A stretch of DNA of 64,000 nt from an uncultured Clostridia bacterium (GCA_944380725.1 CALWIK010000018.1:3348-67347), one strand, 5' to 3'. Positions 48,741 through 58,344 are shown, counted from the first letter of the stretch. Numbers and translations: made by a program. The notes: generated by a model from the letters alone, not told the origin.

Positions 48741-48853
48741 ATTTGCACCTCCGCTAATATATATGTAGTTTTGTTATTTTTATTTAAATTCCTGCATAAT
48801 TTATTGTAATGGTACGCAAATAATTTTACGTGAACTTTAAGGAGGAATTTTAG

Positions 48854-49150
48854 TTGCTTGGAAGAAAAAAAAACAAGCAAAAAAATACAGAAAAATTACA
48901 TACAGTACTATCCAAAATGCAAATACCTACCGGAGCTATATCAAACTGTGCGCATTTCGAGATGAATTCAAACCGAGAAGTTTCTATAGAAGGTTGCAAA
49001 AGCATTCTGCAATATGACGACAATATAATTAGAATAAATACCGGAAAAATGATAACTTCTTTTTTGGGTAGAAATTTATCAATAAAATGTTTAACGCCCG
49101 ACTCATTAGTTGTTGAAGGATTTATAACTTCAATAGAGTTTATAACTTAA
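48854..49150 (+). CDS. yqfC: YabP/YqfC family sporulation protein
   Basis: The pattern ...HFEMNSNREVSIEGCKSILQYDDNIIRINTG...L.V.G.I.SIEF. TTG start lies 8 nt after AAGGAGG, directly upstream of yqfD. Confidence 0.8.
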   Translation: MLGRKKNKQKNTEKLHTVLSKMQIPTGAISNCAHFEMNSNREVSIEGCKSILQYDDNIIRINTGKMITSFLGRNLSIKCLTPDSLVVEGFITSIEFIT

Positions 49151-49164
49151 AGGAAGCGGAAAAT

Positions 49165-50340
49165 ATGCTCAAAATAATAAGATTTTTATGCGGATACGTT
49201 GTTTTTACAGTAAAAGGATCTGTTCCTGAGGTTTTTATAAACAAAGCTACAAAATCTGGTGTACGACTTTTTAACATAAAAAAACAAAAAGAATTTCTTT
49301 ATTGTTCTGTTATTGCATCCGAATATTTTGCTCTTAGGCGGATTGCAAAACAGAGTTGTGTAAAACTTAAAATAAAAAATAAATGTGGATTCCCATTCTT
49401 TGTGCGGTTATACAAAAAAAGAAAAGGCATTTTTGTGGGTATTATATGCTTTGGTTTAACGTTATATTTTTTATCTCTTTATGTGTGGTCAATAGATATT
49501 AATGGGTTAGAAGCGACTGATAAAAATCAGTTAAATACTCTGATAAACGGTTTGGGAATATGCACCGGAACTTTAAAAAGCGAGATTGATCCTCCTATGA
49601 TTGAAAAAATTATAATGAATAAAATCAGCAATATCTCTTGGGTTTCTGTTAACATAAAAGGTAGCATTTTAAGTTTTGAAATTAAAGAAAAAGTTGAAGC
49701 ACCACAAATTATTCCAAAAACAACACCGTGCAACGTTAAAGCTAATAACGACGGTCAGATAATAAGAATGGAAGTTTATGAGGGAACTCCAGAAATAAAA
49801 AATGGAGACGCCGTAGTTAAAGGTCAGCTTTTAATAAACGGTTTTGTAGAAGACGATTTCGCAACTTGCAATATACGTCATGCTGACGCAAAAGTTTTTG
49901 CTTTGACAAAACATAGCTTAAAAAAAGAAGTAGAGTTATGTCAGACGCAAAGGCAAAAAACCGGTAAAGTAGTTGAGCGCAAAAGACTTAAACTGTTTGG
50001 TATTGAGCTGCCTTTAACTTTAATAACTATTCCTGGCGCAGACTTTGAAAAAAACGTAAAAATAAAAAATATCGAAGTTGCAGGAGTATCTTTGCCAATT
50101 AGCTACTATAAAGAAGTTTGGACACAGTTTTGTGACAAAAAAGTAATATTATCTGCTGAAGAGGCAATGCAAAAAGCTAATATTGAATTAAAACAAGAGG
50201 AGCAAGAAAAACTAAAAGATATAAAAATATTAAGCAAAGACAAAAAAGAAAAAATTTCAAATGGCAAAGCAACTATAATTTCAGATTATATTTGTGAAGA
50301 AAACATTGCAGTGCAAGAAGAAATAATTTTAGAAAGTTAG
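49165..50340 (+). CDS. yqfD: sporulation protein YqfD
   Basis: MLKIIRFLCGYVVFTVKG...FINKATKSGVRLFNI and a central TM, as in stage IV YqfD proteins. Confidence 0.85.
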   Translation: MLKIIRFLCGYVVFTVKGSVPEVFINKATKSGVRLFNIKKQKEFLYCSVIASEYFALRRIAKQSCVKLKIKNKCGFPFFVRLYKKRKGIFVGIICFGLTLYFLSLYVWSIDINGLEATDKNQLNTLINGLGICTGTLKSEIDPPMIEKIIMNKISNISWVSVNIKGSILSFEIKEKVEAPQIIPKTTPCNVKANNDGQIIRMEVYEGTPEIKNGDAVVKGQLLINGFVEDDFATCNIRHADAKVFALTKHSLKKEVELCQTQRQKTGKVVERKRLKLFGIELPLTLITIPGADFEKNVKIKNIEVAGVSLPISYYKEVWTQFCDKKVILSAEEAMQKANIELKQEEQEKLKDIKILSKDKKEKISNGKATIISDYICEENIAVQEEIILES

Positions 50341-50436
50341 TTTAAACAAAAAAAGGTAAAAATGGTAAAATCGACAAGTTGAATTTCGAGCAACTATTGT
50401 TAATTGTTACAAAAATAAAAAAAATCGTGTTTTTTA

Positions 50437-50465
50437 ATGACATGTTCCTTTTTTTGTGTTATAAT
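50437..50465 (+). promoter_or_regulatory. candidate promoter of the ybeY-era transcript
   Basis: ATGACA (50437-50442), 17 nt, TGtTATAAT (extended -10; -10 at 50460-50465). Confidence 0.5.
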
Positions 50466-50672
50466 GAACTAAAATGAATTTATAATTTAGTAAAAAGTAT
50501 AAGTTTATAGCTTTTTATTGCTAATAATTTCTTTTTATTTCGACTGATATGCCCAGTTTTTAAGCTATTTACTTTTTACTTATAGTTGGGAGGGTAAGTT
50601 TGCCTTTAATTTTTCATGTTACTTCTTTTTTATTTGTAACGGATGAATTTAAAAGGGTAAGCGAATTTTTGT

Positions 50673-51173
50673 ATGGATAAAATAAAAGTAATTATTAATA
50701 ATAATCAAAAAAACGTTAAAATTCCGACTGGGTTGCGCATGCTCGTTAGGCGCTGCTGTAATGCTGTTTTAAGGAATGAAGGATTTGAAGGGTCTATAGA
50801 AATTAGTGTTACTTTCGTAAATAACGAACAGATTAAAGATTTAAATTATAAATATCGTAAAAAGAATATTCCAACGGATGTGCTGTCTTTTTCGCTGGGT
50901 GAGACGGGTAATTATAGCACCGATCCTGCTAGCGGTTATAAACTTTTAGGAGATATTATAATCTCTATTGAAAAAGCTATAGAACAAGCACAAAAATATG
51001 GCAACAGTTTGCAAAAAGAAGTAAGTCATCTTACTGTTCATGGCATGTTACATTTGCTGGGCTACAATCATGAAAATGGCGGTATAGAAAGAGTAAAAAT
51101 GCGCGAAAAAGAAGAATCCATAATGTCTCAAATGGGCTTTATTGGCGGCATTTCGTATTATTATAACAAATAG
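50673..51173 (+). CDS. ybeY: rRNA maturation endoribonuclease YbeY
   Basis: Zinc motif HLTVHGMLHLLGYNHE. Confidence 0.92.
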   Translation: MDKIKVIINNNQKNVKIPTGLRMLVRRCCNAVLRNEGFEGSIEISVTFVNNEQIKDLNYKYRKKNIPTDVLSFSLGETGNYSTDPASGYKLLGDIIISIEKAIEQAQKYGNSLQKEVSHLTVHGMLHLLGYNHENGGIERVKMREKEESIMSQMGFIGGISYYYNK

Positions 51174-51272
51174 AACACAACAAAAAATACATAGTTTTAA
51201 GGTTTTATTTACGTTCGTCGGATTGGTGGGATAAATTGTTTTACTGCTCAGTTAGCGGGTGAAGTTAGCATA

Positions 51273-52175
51273 ATGGAAAAGAAATCTGCTTTTATTGCGA
51301 TTGTTGGTATACCAAATGTGGGCAAGTCTTCTATTCTAAATACAATTATCGGAGAAAAAATTTCTATAGTGTCTGCAAAACCTCAAACAACTAGAATCCG
51401 AATAACTGGCGTTTTAACAAGAGATGAAACTCAACTCGTCTTTTTGGATACTCCAGGTCTACACAAGCCAAAAACTCAATTGGGTAGCTTTATGACGAAA
51501 TCAATTAAAAGCTCTATTTCTTCTGTAGATATTTGTCTCTTTGTTGTTGAAGCTAACAGAGACCTAAAACCAGGAGAGGCAGAGCTCATAAAAAAGCTAA
51601 AAAATTTAAATTTGCCAACAGTTTTGGCTATAAATAAAATAGACCTTTTGCAAGATAAATCGAGTTTAATTCCACAGATAAATAATATCTCTGAATTATT
51701 TGATTTTTCAGCAATCGTTCCGGTCTCTGCCAAAACAGCTGATGGTATAGATCTTCTCATAAATGAGCTAAAAAAACTCGCGGTTGAGGGTAGTCATTTT
51801 TTTGATGGCGACGCTTTTACCGATCAGCCTGAACGTGTGATTGTTGCTGAAATTATTAGAGAAAAAATATTGAATCTTGTTAATGACGAAATTCCACATG
51901 GCGTAGCTGTCTGCGTTGAAAAAATGCGCGAACGAGAAGATTCTGCTTTGATTGATATTGATGCTGTGATATACTGTGAAAAAAATAATCACAAAGGTAT
52001 TTTAATTGGGAAAAATGGATCTATGTTAAAAAAGATAGGGTCTTTTGCTCGGGTTGATATTGAAAATTTTTTTGAAACAAAAATCAATTTGCAACTTTGG
52101 ATAAAAGTAAAAGAAGATTGGCGAAATAAACCTAATCTTTTAAGGAATTTTGGATTTGATGAAAAAAATTTTTAA
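51273..52175 (+). CDS. era: GTPase Era
   Basis: G1 GIPNVGKSS, G3 DTPG, G4 NKID and a C-terminal KH domain. Confidence 0.94.
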   Translation: MEKKSAFIAIVGIPNVGKSSILNTIIGEKISIVSAKPQTTRIRITGVLTRDETQLVFLDTPGLHKPKTQLGSFMTKSIKSSISSVDICLFVVEANRDLKPGEAELIKKLKNLNLPTVLAINKIDLLQDKSSLIPQINNISELFDFSAIVPVSAKTADGIDLLINELKKLAVEGSHFFDGDAFTDQPERVIVAEIIREKILNLVNDEIPHGVAVCVEKMREREDSALIDIDAVIYCEKNNHKGILIGKNGSMLKKIGSFARVDIENFFETKINLQLWIKVKEDWRNKPNLLRNFGFDEKNF

Positions 52176-52184
52176 ATAATTACA

Positions 52185-52210
52185 AACGGATGGTTTTTGC
52201 CATCCGTTTT
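52185..52210 (+). terminator. intrinsic terminator after era
   Basis: AACGGATGG-TTTTTG-CCATCCGTT followed by TT. Confidence 0.7.
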
Positions 52211-52302
52211 ACTTATAATGAAAGAGTAGGATAAGTTTTCCTTATATATATTCAAAAAACTCGTAAAAATAAAATAGAACTTTAATTTGAGGAGGAATAT
52301 TT

Positions 52303-52467
52303 ATGAGCAAAGACGTAGCTTGGAATAAGTCTTATATTGCAGGAAGCGTTTTTGATTATTTGATATACGCAACAATAAAAGATTTGCAAAACACCAAAAT
52401 AAAAGGAGCAGAACCTTATGCAGATTCGCACCGACGGGTTGATAATAAAAGAAAAATTAGTTTCTGA
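52303..52467 (+). CDS. yqzL: YqzL-family small protein, 54 aa (below the ORF-track cutoff)
   Basis: ATG lies after GAGGAGG. MSKDVAWNKSYIAGSVFDYLIYATIKD fits the YqzL pattern (W-K..-.-G.ID.YL). It holds the conserved era-yqzL-recO position, and its 3' end overlaps the recO start by 50 nt. Confidence 0.6.
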   Translation: MSKDVAWNKSYIAGSVFDYLIYATIKDLQNTKIKGAEPYADSHRRVDNKRKISF

Positions 52468-53170
52468 GGATGATAAATTAGTTACTATTTTAACAAGGAA
52501 TTTTGGAATTATACGTGCATTTGCTCAGAGCGTAAAAAATTTAAAAAATAAAAATTTTTCTTCTACACAGTTGCTTTGCTATTCGGATTTTATAATTTTT
52601 AAAGGTCGAAATAAATACATAATTAACGAGTCTTATAGTAAACATTCTTTTTGGAGCCTGAGATGCAATATAGAAAAACTTGCACTTGCACAATATTTTT
52701 GCGATTTAATTTTGAATTTAATCGCAGAAGAACAGCATCATACAGAAGATATTTTACGATTAATTTTGAATTCTTTATATTATTTATCGAAAGAAAAAAT
52801 TGTGCCTAAATTACTAAAGTCAACTTTTGAAATGCGAATATTATCCATGTCTGGTTATATGCCCAACTTGATATATTGTTCAAATTGTAAAGATTCTGGC
52901 AAAAAAAATTTTTACTTTGTTCCAGAAGTTCATGGTATTGTTTGTGATAAATGTATAAGAAATTATCGCGCTGTCAAAATTAAACTTACAGAAAGTGTGC
53001 TTTATGCTTTAAGATACTCGGTATACTCAGAATTTAACAAGATGTTCGCTTTTTCTTTAAAATTAGAACGTCAGGATGAACTCTCTGCCATAACTGAATC
53101 ATACATCTTAAAATGTTTGGAAAAAAATCTAAAGACTCTAGACTTTTATAAACAAGTTGTGATAAATTAA
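52418..53170 (+). CDS. recO: DNA repair protein RecO
   Basis: OB-fold N-terminus (TDGLIIKEKLVSEDDKLVTILT) and a zinc finger CSNC...CDKC. Confidence 0.88.
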   Translation: MQIRTDGLIIKEKLVSEDDKLVTILTRNFGIIRAFAQSVKNLKNKNFSSTQLLCYSDFIIFKGRNKYIINESYSKHSFWSLRCNIEKLALAQYFCDLILNLIAEEQHHTEDILRLILNSLYYLSKEKIVPKLLKSTFEMRILSMSGYMPNLIYCSNCKDSGKKNFYFVPEVHGIVCDKCIRNYRAVKIKLTESVLYALRYSVYSEFNKMFAFSLKLERQDELSAITESYILKCLEKNLKTLDFYKQVVIN

Positions 53171-53201
53171 TACTGATATAATTAGGAAAGGTCTGTACAA
53201 A

Positions 53202-55574
53202 ATGAGTGATGGCATGAAGAAGTCCTATGAACTTTTAGAATTAAATAAAATTTTAAATTTATTATCAGAGAAGACATCATGCGATGACTCAAAAAAACTT
53301 ATAAAAAAGATTATTCCTTCAACCGACTTAAAAACTGTTAATAAGTTATTAAAAGAAACAAGCGATGCACATATGTTGATAGCAAGATTTGGAGTGCCAA
53401 GTTTTAGTGGACTAAGCAACATAAAAACCTCAGTAAAAAAAGCTGCAGCAGGGGCCACTTTAACAACGCTCGATTTGATAAAAATTGCAGATAACATTCA
53501 TGTGTTTAATTTTATAAAAAATTTTAAAGAACAATTCGAAACTTTAAAAACTGTTTTAGATGCTCAGTTTAGTTGTGTGATTTCTAACAAATATTTAGAA
53601 AATAGAATTAAAACTTGTATTGTCTCTGAAGATGAAATAGCCGACGAAGCTTCAAGCGAATTGTTAACAATTCGAAGGAAAATTAACAGAAATTCTGATT
53701 CTATAAGAGATCAATTAGAGAGAATGCTTAGGTCAACAAACATTCAAAAATATTTGCAAGAAAATATTATTACGGTAAAGTCAGAACGTTTTGTTTTGCC
53801 TGTTCGTACAGAGTTTAGAAAAGAAGTTTCTGGGCTTGTGCACGAAACTTCTGCAAGTGGTGCAACTGTATTTATAGAACCAGCAGCTGTTGTAGAGTTA
53901 AATAACGAGATTAAAATTTTACGTCAAAAAGAAAAGAACGAAATCGAAAAAATCTTAAAAAATTTATCAAAAGAAGTTTCAAATTTCGCCGATAACATCT
54001 TAAAAAGTTACGACGCTTGTGTAAATTTGGATGTAATCTTTTCAAAAGCTCTTTTAGCGCACGATATGAAAGCAGTCTTGCCAAAAGTCAATAGCAATGG
54101 CAAAATAATGCTAAAAAAAGCTCGGCACCCATTAGTAGAAGCAAAAAAAGTAGTGCCTACGAATATTTCTTTGGGCGAAACTTTTGATTCTTTGGTAATA
54201 ACAGGGCCAAACACTGGCGGAAAGACTGTCATTTTAAAAACTGTAGGCCTTTTTGTTTTAATGGCAATGTGCGGTCTTATGCTTCCTACTTCAGAAGAAA
54301 GCGAAATATCTATTTTTGACTATATTCTTGTAGATATTGGTGATGAGCAGAGCATAGAGCAGTCACTATCTACATTTTCTTCGCATATGATAAATATGGT
54401 AGAAATTTTGTCTGTAGCCAACAAAAACAGCTTAATTCTTTTGGATGAATTGGGAGCGGGAACGGATCCTGTTGAAGGAGCAGCACTGGCAATTGCAATT
54501 ATTGAAACATTAAAAGAAAAAGGTTGTAAAATTATATCTACAACCCATTATTCTGAACTTAAAGAATATGCATTTGTTAGTGAAAACGTCGAAAATGGCT
54601 CCTGTGAGTTTGATGTAAAAACGTTGAAACCTAAATATAATTTGTTGCTGGGCATACCCGGAAGTTCAAACGCTTTTGCCATTGCTAAACGGTTGGGCCT
54701 CCCCTCTTTTGTTATAAAAAAAGCACAAAAGTTTATTAACGGAGAAACTAAAGATTTTGAAAATGTTTTAAAAAAATTAGAACGTACTAGAAAAAATTTA
54801 GAAAAAGAACTTTTAGATGTCAAAAAAATGAAACAACAATTAATCTATGATCTAGATTTTGTTGAGAAAGAAAAAGAAATATTAAAGAATAATAAAAAAA
54901 ATGAATTAAATAACGTAAGAATTAAAGCAGAAAATATTTTATCTTCTGCTAAATCTATGGCCAAAGAACTTATTGGAGAGATAAAAAATATAAAAAAATT
55001 AAATCTTAATAATGATGATTCTGTTCGAAGACTAAAGTCTAAACTAAATAAAATTGACGAAATTATTGACCCAGTTGAAACTCATGAAAAATCTAATTAT
55101 AAGCTTCCACGAAAATTAAAGTTGGGTGATGAAGTTCTGATTTTTGATATTGATAAAAAAGGTACAGTTTTAGAAATTAGTTCTGACGAAAAAATGATAA
55201 CTGTTCAAGCTGGCATAATAAAAACTCGGGTACCAATAGACAATCTTAGACTTTTATCCGAAAAAAAATTTCAAAATAAATCACATACAATTGGCGAGAT
55301 ACAAACTCCAAAACGAAATAAATTAACTCCAGTTAGCACAGAGATAGATGTACGCGGAAAAACGGTGCTAGAAGCCACTCTAGACCTCGATAAGTTTATA
55401 GATAATGCTGTTTTATCAAAGATTAATACGTTGACTATTATTCACGGAAAGGGTTCTGGAGTTTTGCGTAGTGAAATTGCAAAATACTTAAAAAAACACC
55501 CTAATGTAAAAACATTCCGTCTAGGAACTTTTGGCGAAGGTGAATCTGGGGTAACAATTGCAGAATTAAAATAG
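53202..55574 (+). CDS. mutS2: endonuclease MutS2 (MutS domain plus C-terminal Smr)
   Basis: Walker A GPNTGGKT, DELGAGTDP and a C-terminal Smr domain (IDVRGKTVLEA...IIHGKGSGVLR). Confidence 0.93.
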   Translation: MSDGMKKSYELLELNKILNLLSEKTSCDDSKKLIKKIIPSTDLKTVNKLLKETSDAHMLIARFGVPSFSGLSNIKTSVKKAAAGATLTTLDLIKIADNIHVFNFIKNFKEQFETLKTVLDAQFSCVISNKYLENRIKTCIVSEDEIADEASSELLTIRRKINRNSDSIRDQLERMLRSTNIQKYLQENIITVKSERFVLPVRTEFRKEVSGLVHETSASGATVFIEPAAVVELNNEIKILRQKEKNEIEKILKNLSKEVSNFADNILKSYDACVNLDVIFSKALLAHDMKAVLPKVNSNGKIMLKKARHPLVEAKKVVPTNISLGETFDSLVITGPNTGGKTVILKTVGLFVLMAMCGLMLPTSEESEISIFDYILVDIGDEQSIEQSLSTFSSHMINMVEILSVANKNSLILLDELGAGTDPVEGAALAIAIIETLKEKGCKIISTTHYSELKEYAFVSENVENGSCEFDVKTLKPKYNLLLGIPGSSNAFAIAKRLGLPSFVIKKAQKFINGETKDFENVLKKLERTRKNLEKELLDVKKMKQQLIYDLDFVEKEKEILKNNKKNELNNVRIKAENILSSAKSMAKELIGEIKNIKKLNLNNDDSVRRLKSKLNKIDEIIDPVETHEKSNYKLPRKLKLGDEVLIFDIDKKGTVLEISSDEKMITVQAGIIKTRVPIDNLRLLSEKKFQNKSHTIGEIQTPKRNKLTPVSTEIDVRGKTVLEATLDLDKFIDNAVLSKINTLTIIHGKGSGVLRSEIAKYLKKHPNVKTFRLGTFGEGESGVTIAELK

Positions 55575-55575
55575 C

Positions 55576-55749
55576 TTACTTTGATGATGAATCTAAATTT
55601 TTAAGCGCAAAATCTATGCATTGGCTAATAAATTTGTTTCTACTCATGTTATTCTGACTTGCTATGGTATCGATAAATTTTAATTTTTCAGAATCGATAC
55701 GGATGCAGATAACCTCATTTTTTTCTGGCTTTGGAATAAATTTTATCAT
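55576..55749 (-). CDS. ribbon-helix-helix (CopG/Arc/MetJ-like) small protein, 57 aa (below the ORF-track cutoff)
   Basis: ATG lies 8 nt after AAGGAG. MIKFIPKPEKNEVICIRIDSEKLKFIDTIASQNNMSRNKFISQCIDFALKNLDSSSK shows the beta-strand then two-helix pattern of RHH repressors. Confidence 0.65.
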   Translation of the reverse strand: MIKFIPKPEKNEVICIRIDSEKLKFIDTIASQNNMSRNKFISQCIDFALKNLDSSSK

Positions 55750-55816
55750 ATAAAAAACTCCTTAACATTAGATTTTGCGTACATGATGATGTTACTTTTT
55801 AATTTTTATATTTAAT

Positions 55817-55839
55817 TCGCAAATTTTCCTATTTTGCGA
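55817..55839. promoter_or_regulatory. inverted repeat operator candidate TCGCAAA-N9-TTTGCGA
   Basis: 7-bp perfect arms at 55817-55823 and 55833-55839, 6 nt upstream of the -35 of the plus-strand promoter. A third half-site TTTTGCG lies at 55773-55779. Confidence 0.45.
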
Positions 55840-55845
55840 TAAATT

Positions 55846-55874
55846 TTGACAAATTATTTATAATCTCCTATTAT
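55846..55874 (+). promoter_or_regulatory. promoter facing the second small RHH-like ORF
   Basis: TTGACA (55846-55851), 17 nt, TATTAT (55869-55874). Confidence 0.55.
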
Positions 55875-55944
55875 AAAATTATATTACACATTGAATCCTT
55901 AACAATATTCATTATCAATATCAAAAAGGTGACGAGAAGGTGAT

Positions 55945-56100
55945 ATTATAAAAGAATACAAAATCATTTTGAACGACGAGATTTCTGAGTTTTATGAAAA
56001 TTTATCAAAATTTTTGAAAAAGCCTGTTGAAGAAGTTTTAAGCGAAAATTTATCTAGAAATATGGAGATGCTAAGGACTATAATATCTAAGCCTAAATAA
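55945..56100 (+). CDS. possible second RHH-like small protein (51 aa from ATT, or 43 aa from TTG 55969); start unresolved and possibly decayed
   Basis: The open frame reads IIKEYKIILNDEISEFYENLSKFLKKPVEEVLSENLSRNMEMLRTIISKPK after TGA at 55930-55932. There is no ATG or GTG before TTG 55969. AGGTGA motifs lie at 55927-55932 and 55938-55943. Confidence 0.3.
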   Translation: MIKEYKIILNDEISEFYENLSKFLKKPVEEVLSENLSRNMEMLRTIISKPK

Positions 56101-56222
56101 TATTTAATATCTATTTTGTAGAGTTATTTTATATATTTTTTAAAAACAAAAATGATTTGTTCATATATCCAGTATTAAAGATCAAACAAAAGTATCTTAT
56201 TTAGAATTATTTATTTTTTGTG

Positions 56223-56251
56223 TTGACAAATTATTTAGTTTAAGTTAAAAT
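56223..56251 (+). promoter_or_regulatory. promoter of the ylxM-ffh operon
   Basis: TTGACA (56223-56228), 17 nt, TAAAAT (56246-56251). Confidence 0.6.
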
Positions 56252-56289
56252 CAAACTGTAAAGTATTTTTGCTTTACAGTTTGTTTTTT
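56252..56289 (+). terminator. perfect 12-bp hairpin plus T6 directly abutting the ylxM promoter -10
   Basis: CAAACTGTAAAG (56252-56263) / CTTTACAGTTTG (56272-56283), followed by TTTTTT (56284-56289). Confidence 0.5.
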
Positions 56290-56305
56290 GTTGGAGTGTT
56301 TTTTT

Positions 56306-56668
56306 GTGGAGAAAAATTTAAAAATCTCAAACTTAATGGATTTTTATGCTGAACTTTTAACAAAAAATCAAAAACAAGTTCTGAATTTATATTATAATGA
56401 AGATTTTTCTTTATCAGAAATTGCAGAAAATCAAGGAATAACTCGTCAAGGCGTTAGAGATAAATTAAAAAAGGCAGAGGCTCAATTGCTTGATCTAGAA
56501 AATAAATTAAAATTGGTTAAAAAGTATAACCGTATTGAAAAAAAATTATTGGTTATTATTGAAAATTCTGAAAAATTAATGTCTCTTTCTAACGATGAAA
56601 TATATAAAGTTAGCTTACTTGCTAATAATATAAAAAACACTGCTATATCTATTTATAAAGAACAATGA
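56306..56668 (+). CDS. ylxM: YlxM/p13-like putative DNA-binding protein (UPF0122)
   Basis: FYAELLTKNQKQVLNLYYNEDFSLSEIAENQGITRQGVRD. GTG start lies 9 nt after GGAG, immediately upstream of ffh. Confidence 0.85.
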   Translation: MEKNLKISNLMDFYAELLTKNQKQVLNLYYNEDFSLSEIAENQGITRQGVRDKLKKAEAQLLDLENKLKLVKKYNRIEKKLLVIIENSEKLMSLSNDEIYKVSLLANNIKNTAISIYKEQ

Positions 56669-56681
56669 TGGAGGTATTTAT

Positions 56682-58040
56682 ATGGCTTTTGAAGGTTTAT
56701 CTGGCAAGTTAACCTCGGTATTTAAAAAACTTCGTTCTAAGGGACGCCTTTCTGAAAAAGATGTAAAAGATTCTATGCGAGAAGTTAGGCTGGCTCTTTT
56801 AGAAGCTGACGTTAACTATAAAGTTGCCAAGGATTTCACTGATAAAGTTACCGAAAGAGCTATAGGAGAGGAAGTGATGCATAGTTTAACTCCGGCTCAG
56901 ATGGTAATAAAAATAGTTAATGAAGAATTAATAAACCTTATGGGTCCTAGCGAAAGCAGATTAAACACTGCCTCTGTTTTGCCAACGATAATTATGATGT
57001 GTGGCTTACAAGGTTCTGGCAAAACAACACATTCTGCTAAACTGGCTTTTGTTCAAAAGAAAAAGGGACATCGTCCTTTGTTGGTAGCTTGCGATATTTA
57101 TAGGCCGGCGGCTATTAAACAGCTACAAGTTGTGGCAGAGCACGCTGGAGTACCCATATTTGAAATGGGGCAGGAAAATCCCGTGAAAATTGCGAAGAAA
57201 GCTATTCAACATGCAAAAGACTACGGTAACGACGTTGTTATTTTGGATACTGCAGGTAGGTTGCACATAGATGACGCTTTGATGGAAGAACTTCAAAACA
57301 TAAAAAAAGAAGTTAATCCCAGTGAAATTCTGCTTGTAGTTGATGCGATGACCGGCCAAGATGCAGTAAATGTGGCAAAGTCTTTTAATGATCTACTAGA
57401 GATTTCTGGAGTAATTTTGACAAAGCTAGACGGAGATACCCGTGGTGGGGCGGCTCTCTCGGTGAAGAAGGTTACTGGGAAACCGATAAAATTTGTTGGG
57501 ACTGGTGAAAAATTAGCAAATTTAGAAGAATTTCATCCTGATAGGATGGCTTCGAGGATCTTAGGGATGGGCGACATGCTCTCTTTAATAGAAGAAGCTG
57601 AAAGCAATTTAGACCAACAAAAAGCTGAGCAGATAACAAACAAATTAATAAAAAATAAATTGGATCTGAATGATCTATTGGATCAAATGAATCAAATAAA
57701 AAAAATGGGCTCTTTAAAGTCGATATTATCTAAATTGCCTGGAATCTCTCAAAAGATTAACGATGCAGAAATTGATGATAGACAGGTTGACAGATCTTGT
57801 GCTATAATTTTGTCTATGACACCAAAAGAAAGGCAAAAGCCAGAAATTATAAACGCTTCTAGGAAGAAAAGAATAGCCTCCGGTTGCGGTTTAAAGGTTG
57901 AAGACGTTAACAATCTGCTGAGACGATTTGAAAGTATGCAAAAAATGATGAAGCAATTCTCTGGCAGAAAAGGAAAACATAACTTTTCTAGAATGGGATT
58001 ATTTTCTGGCTTTGGTGGTTTGGGCAAATTTAAAATTTAA
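56682..58040 (+). CDS. ffh: signal recognition particle protein Ffh
   Basis: GLQGSGKTT, DTAGR, TKLDGDTRGGAALS and a Met-rich M domain. Confidence 0.95.
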   Translation: MAFEGLSGKLTSVFKKLRSKGRLSEKDVKDSMREVRLALLEADVNYKVAKDFTDKVTERAIGEEVMHSLTPAQMVIKIVNEELINLMGPSESRLNTASVLPTIIMMCGLQGSGKTTHSAKLAFVQKKKGHRPLLVACDIYRPAAIKQLQVVAEHAGVPIFEMGQENPVKIAKKAIQHAKDYGNDVVILDTAGRLHIDDALMEELQNIKKEVNPSEILLVVDAMTGQDAVNVAKSFNDLLEISGVILTKLDGDTRGGAALSVKKVTGKPIKFVGTGEKLANLEEFHPDRMASRILGMGDMLSLIEEAESNLDQQKAEQITNKLIKNKLDLNDLLDQMNQIKKMGSLKSILSKLPGISQKINDAEIDDRQVDRSCAIILSMTPKERQKPEIINASRKKRIASGCGLKVEDVNNLLRRFESMQKMMKQFSGRKGKHNFSRMGLFSGFGGLGKFKI

Positions 58041-58101
58041 TTGTGCATAAAAGTTAGATGTTTAATTATGATGAAATATTTTTGGGGGAGGTGATTTAAA
58101 A

Positions 58102-58344
58102 ATGGCAGTAAAAATTAGATTGCGTCGTATGGGTGCTAAGAAAAAGCCTTTTTATCGTGTTGTTGTTGCGGATTCTCGCTTTCCTAGAGACGGTAGGTTC
58201 ATTGAGGAATTGGGATATTATAATCCATTAAAAGAGCCTATAGAATTTAAAGTCAACAATGAGAAGGTAAAAAATTGGATAAATAATGGAGCTCAACCTA
58301 CCGACACTGTAAAATCACTATTAAAAAAATTCGAGATTCTTTAA
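58102..58344 (+). CDS. rpsP: 30S ribosomal protein S16
   Basis: [26 protein letters not shown]. Confidence 0.95.
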   Translation: MAVKIRLRRMGAKKKPFYRVVVADSRFPRDGRFIEELGYYNPLKEPIEFKVNNEKVKNWINNGAQPTDTVKSLLKKFEIL

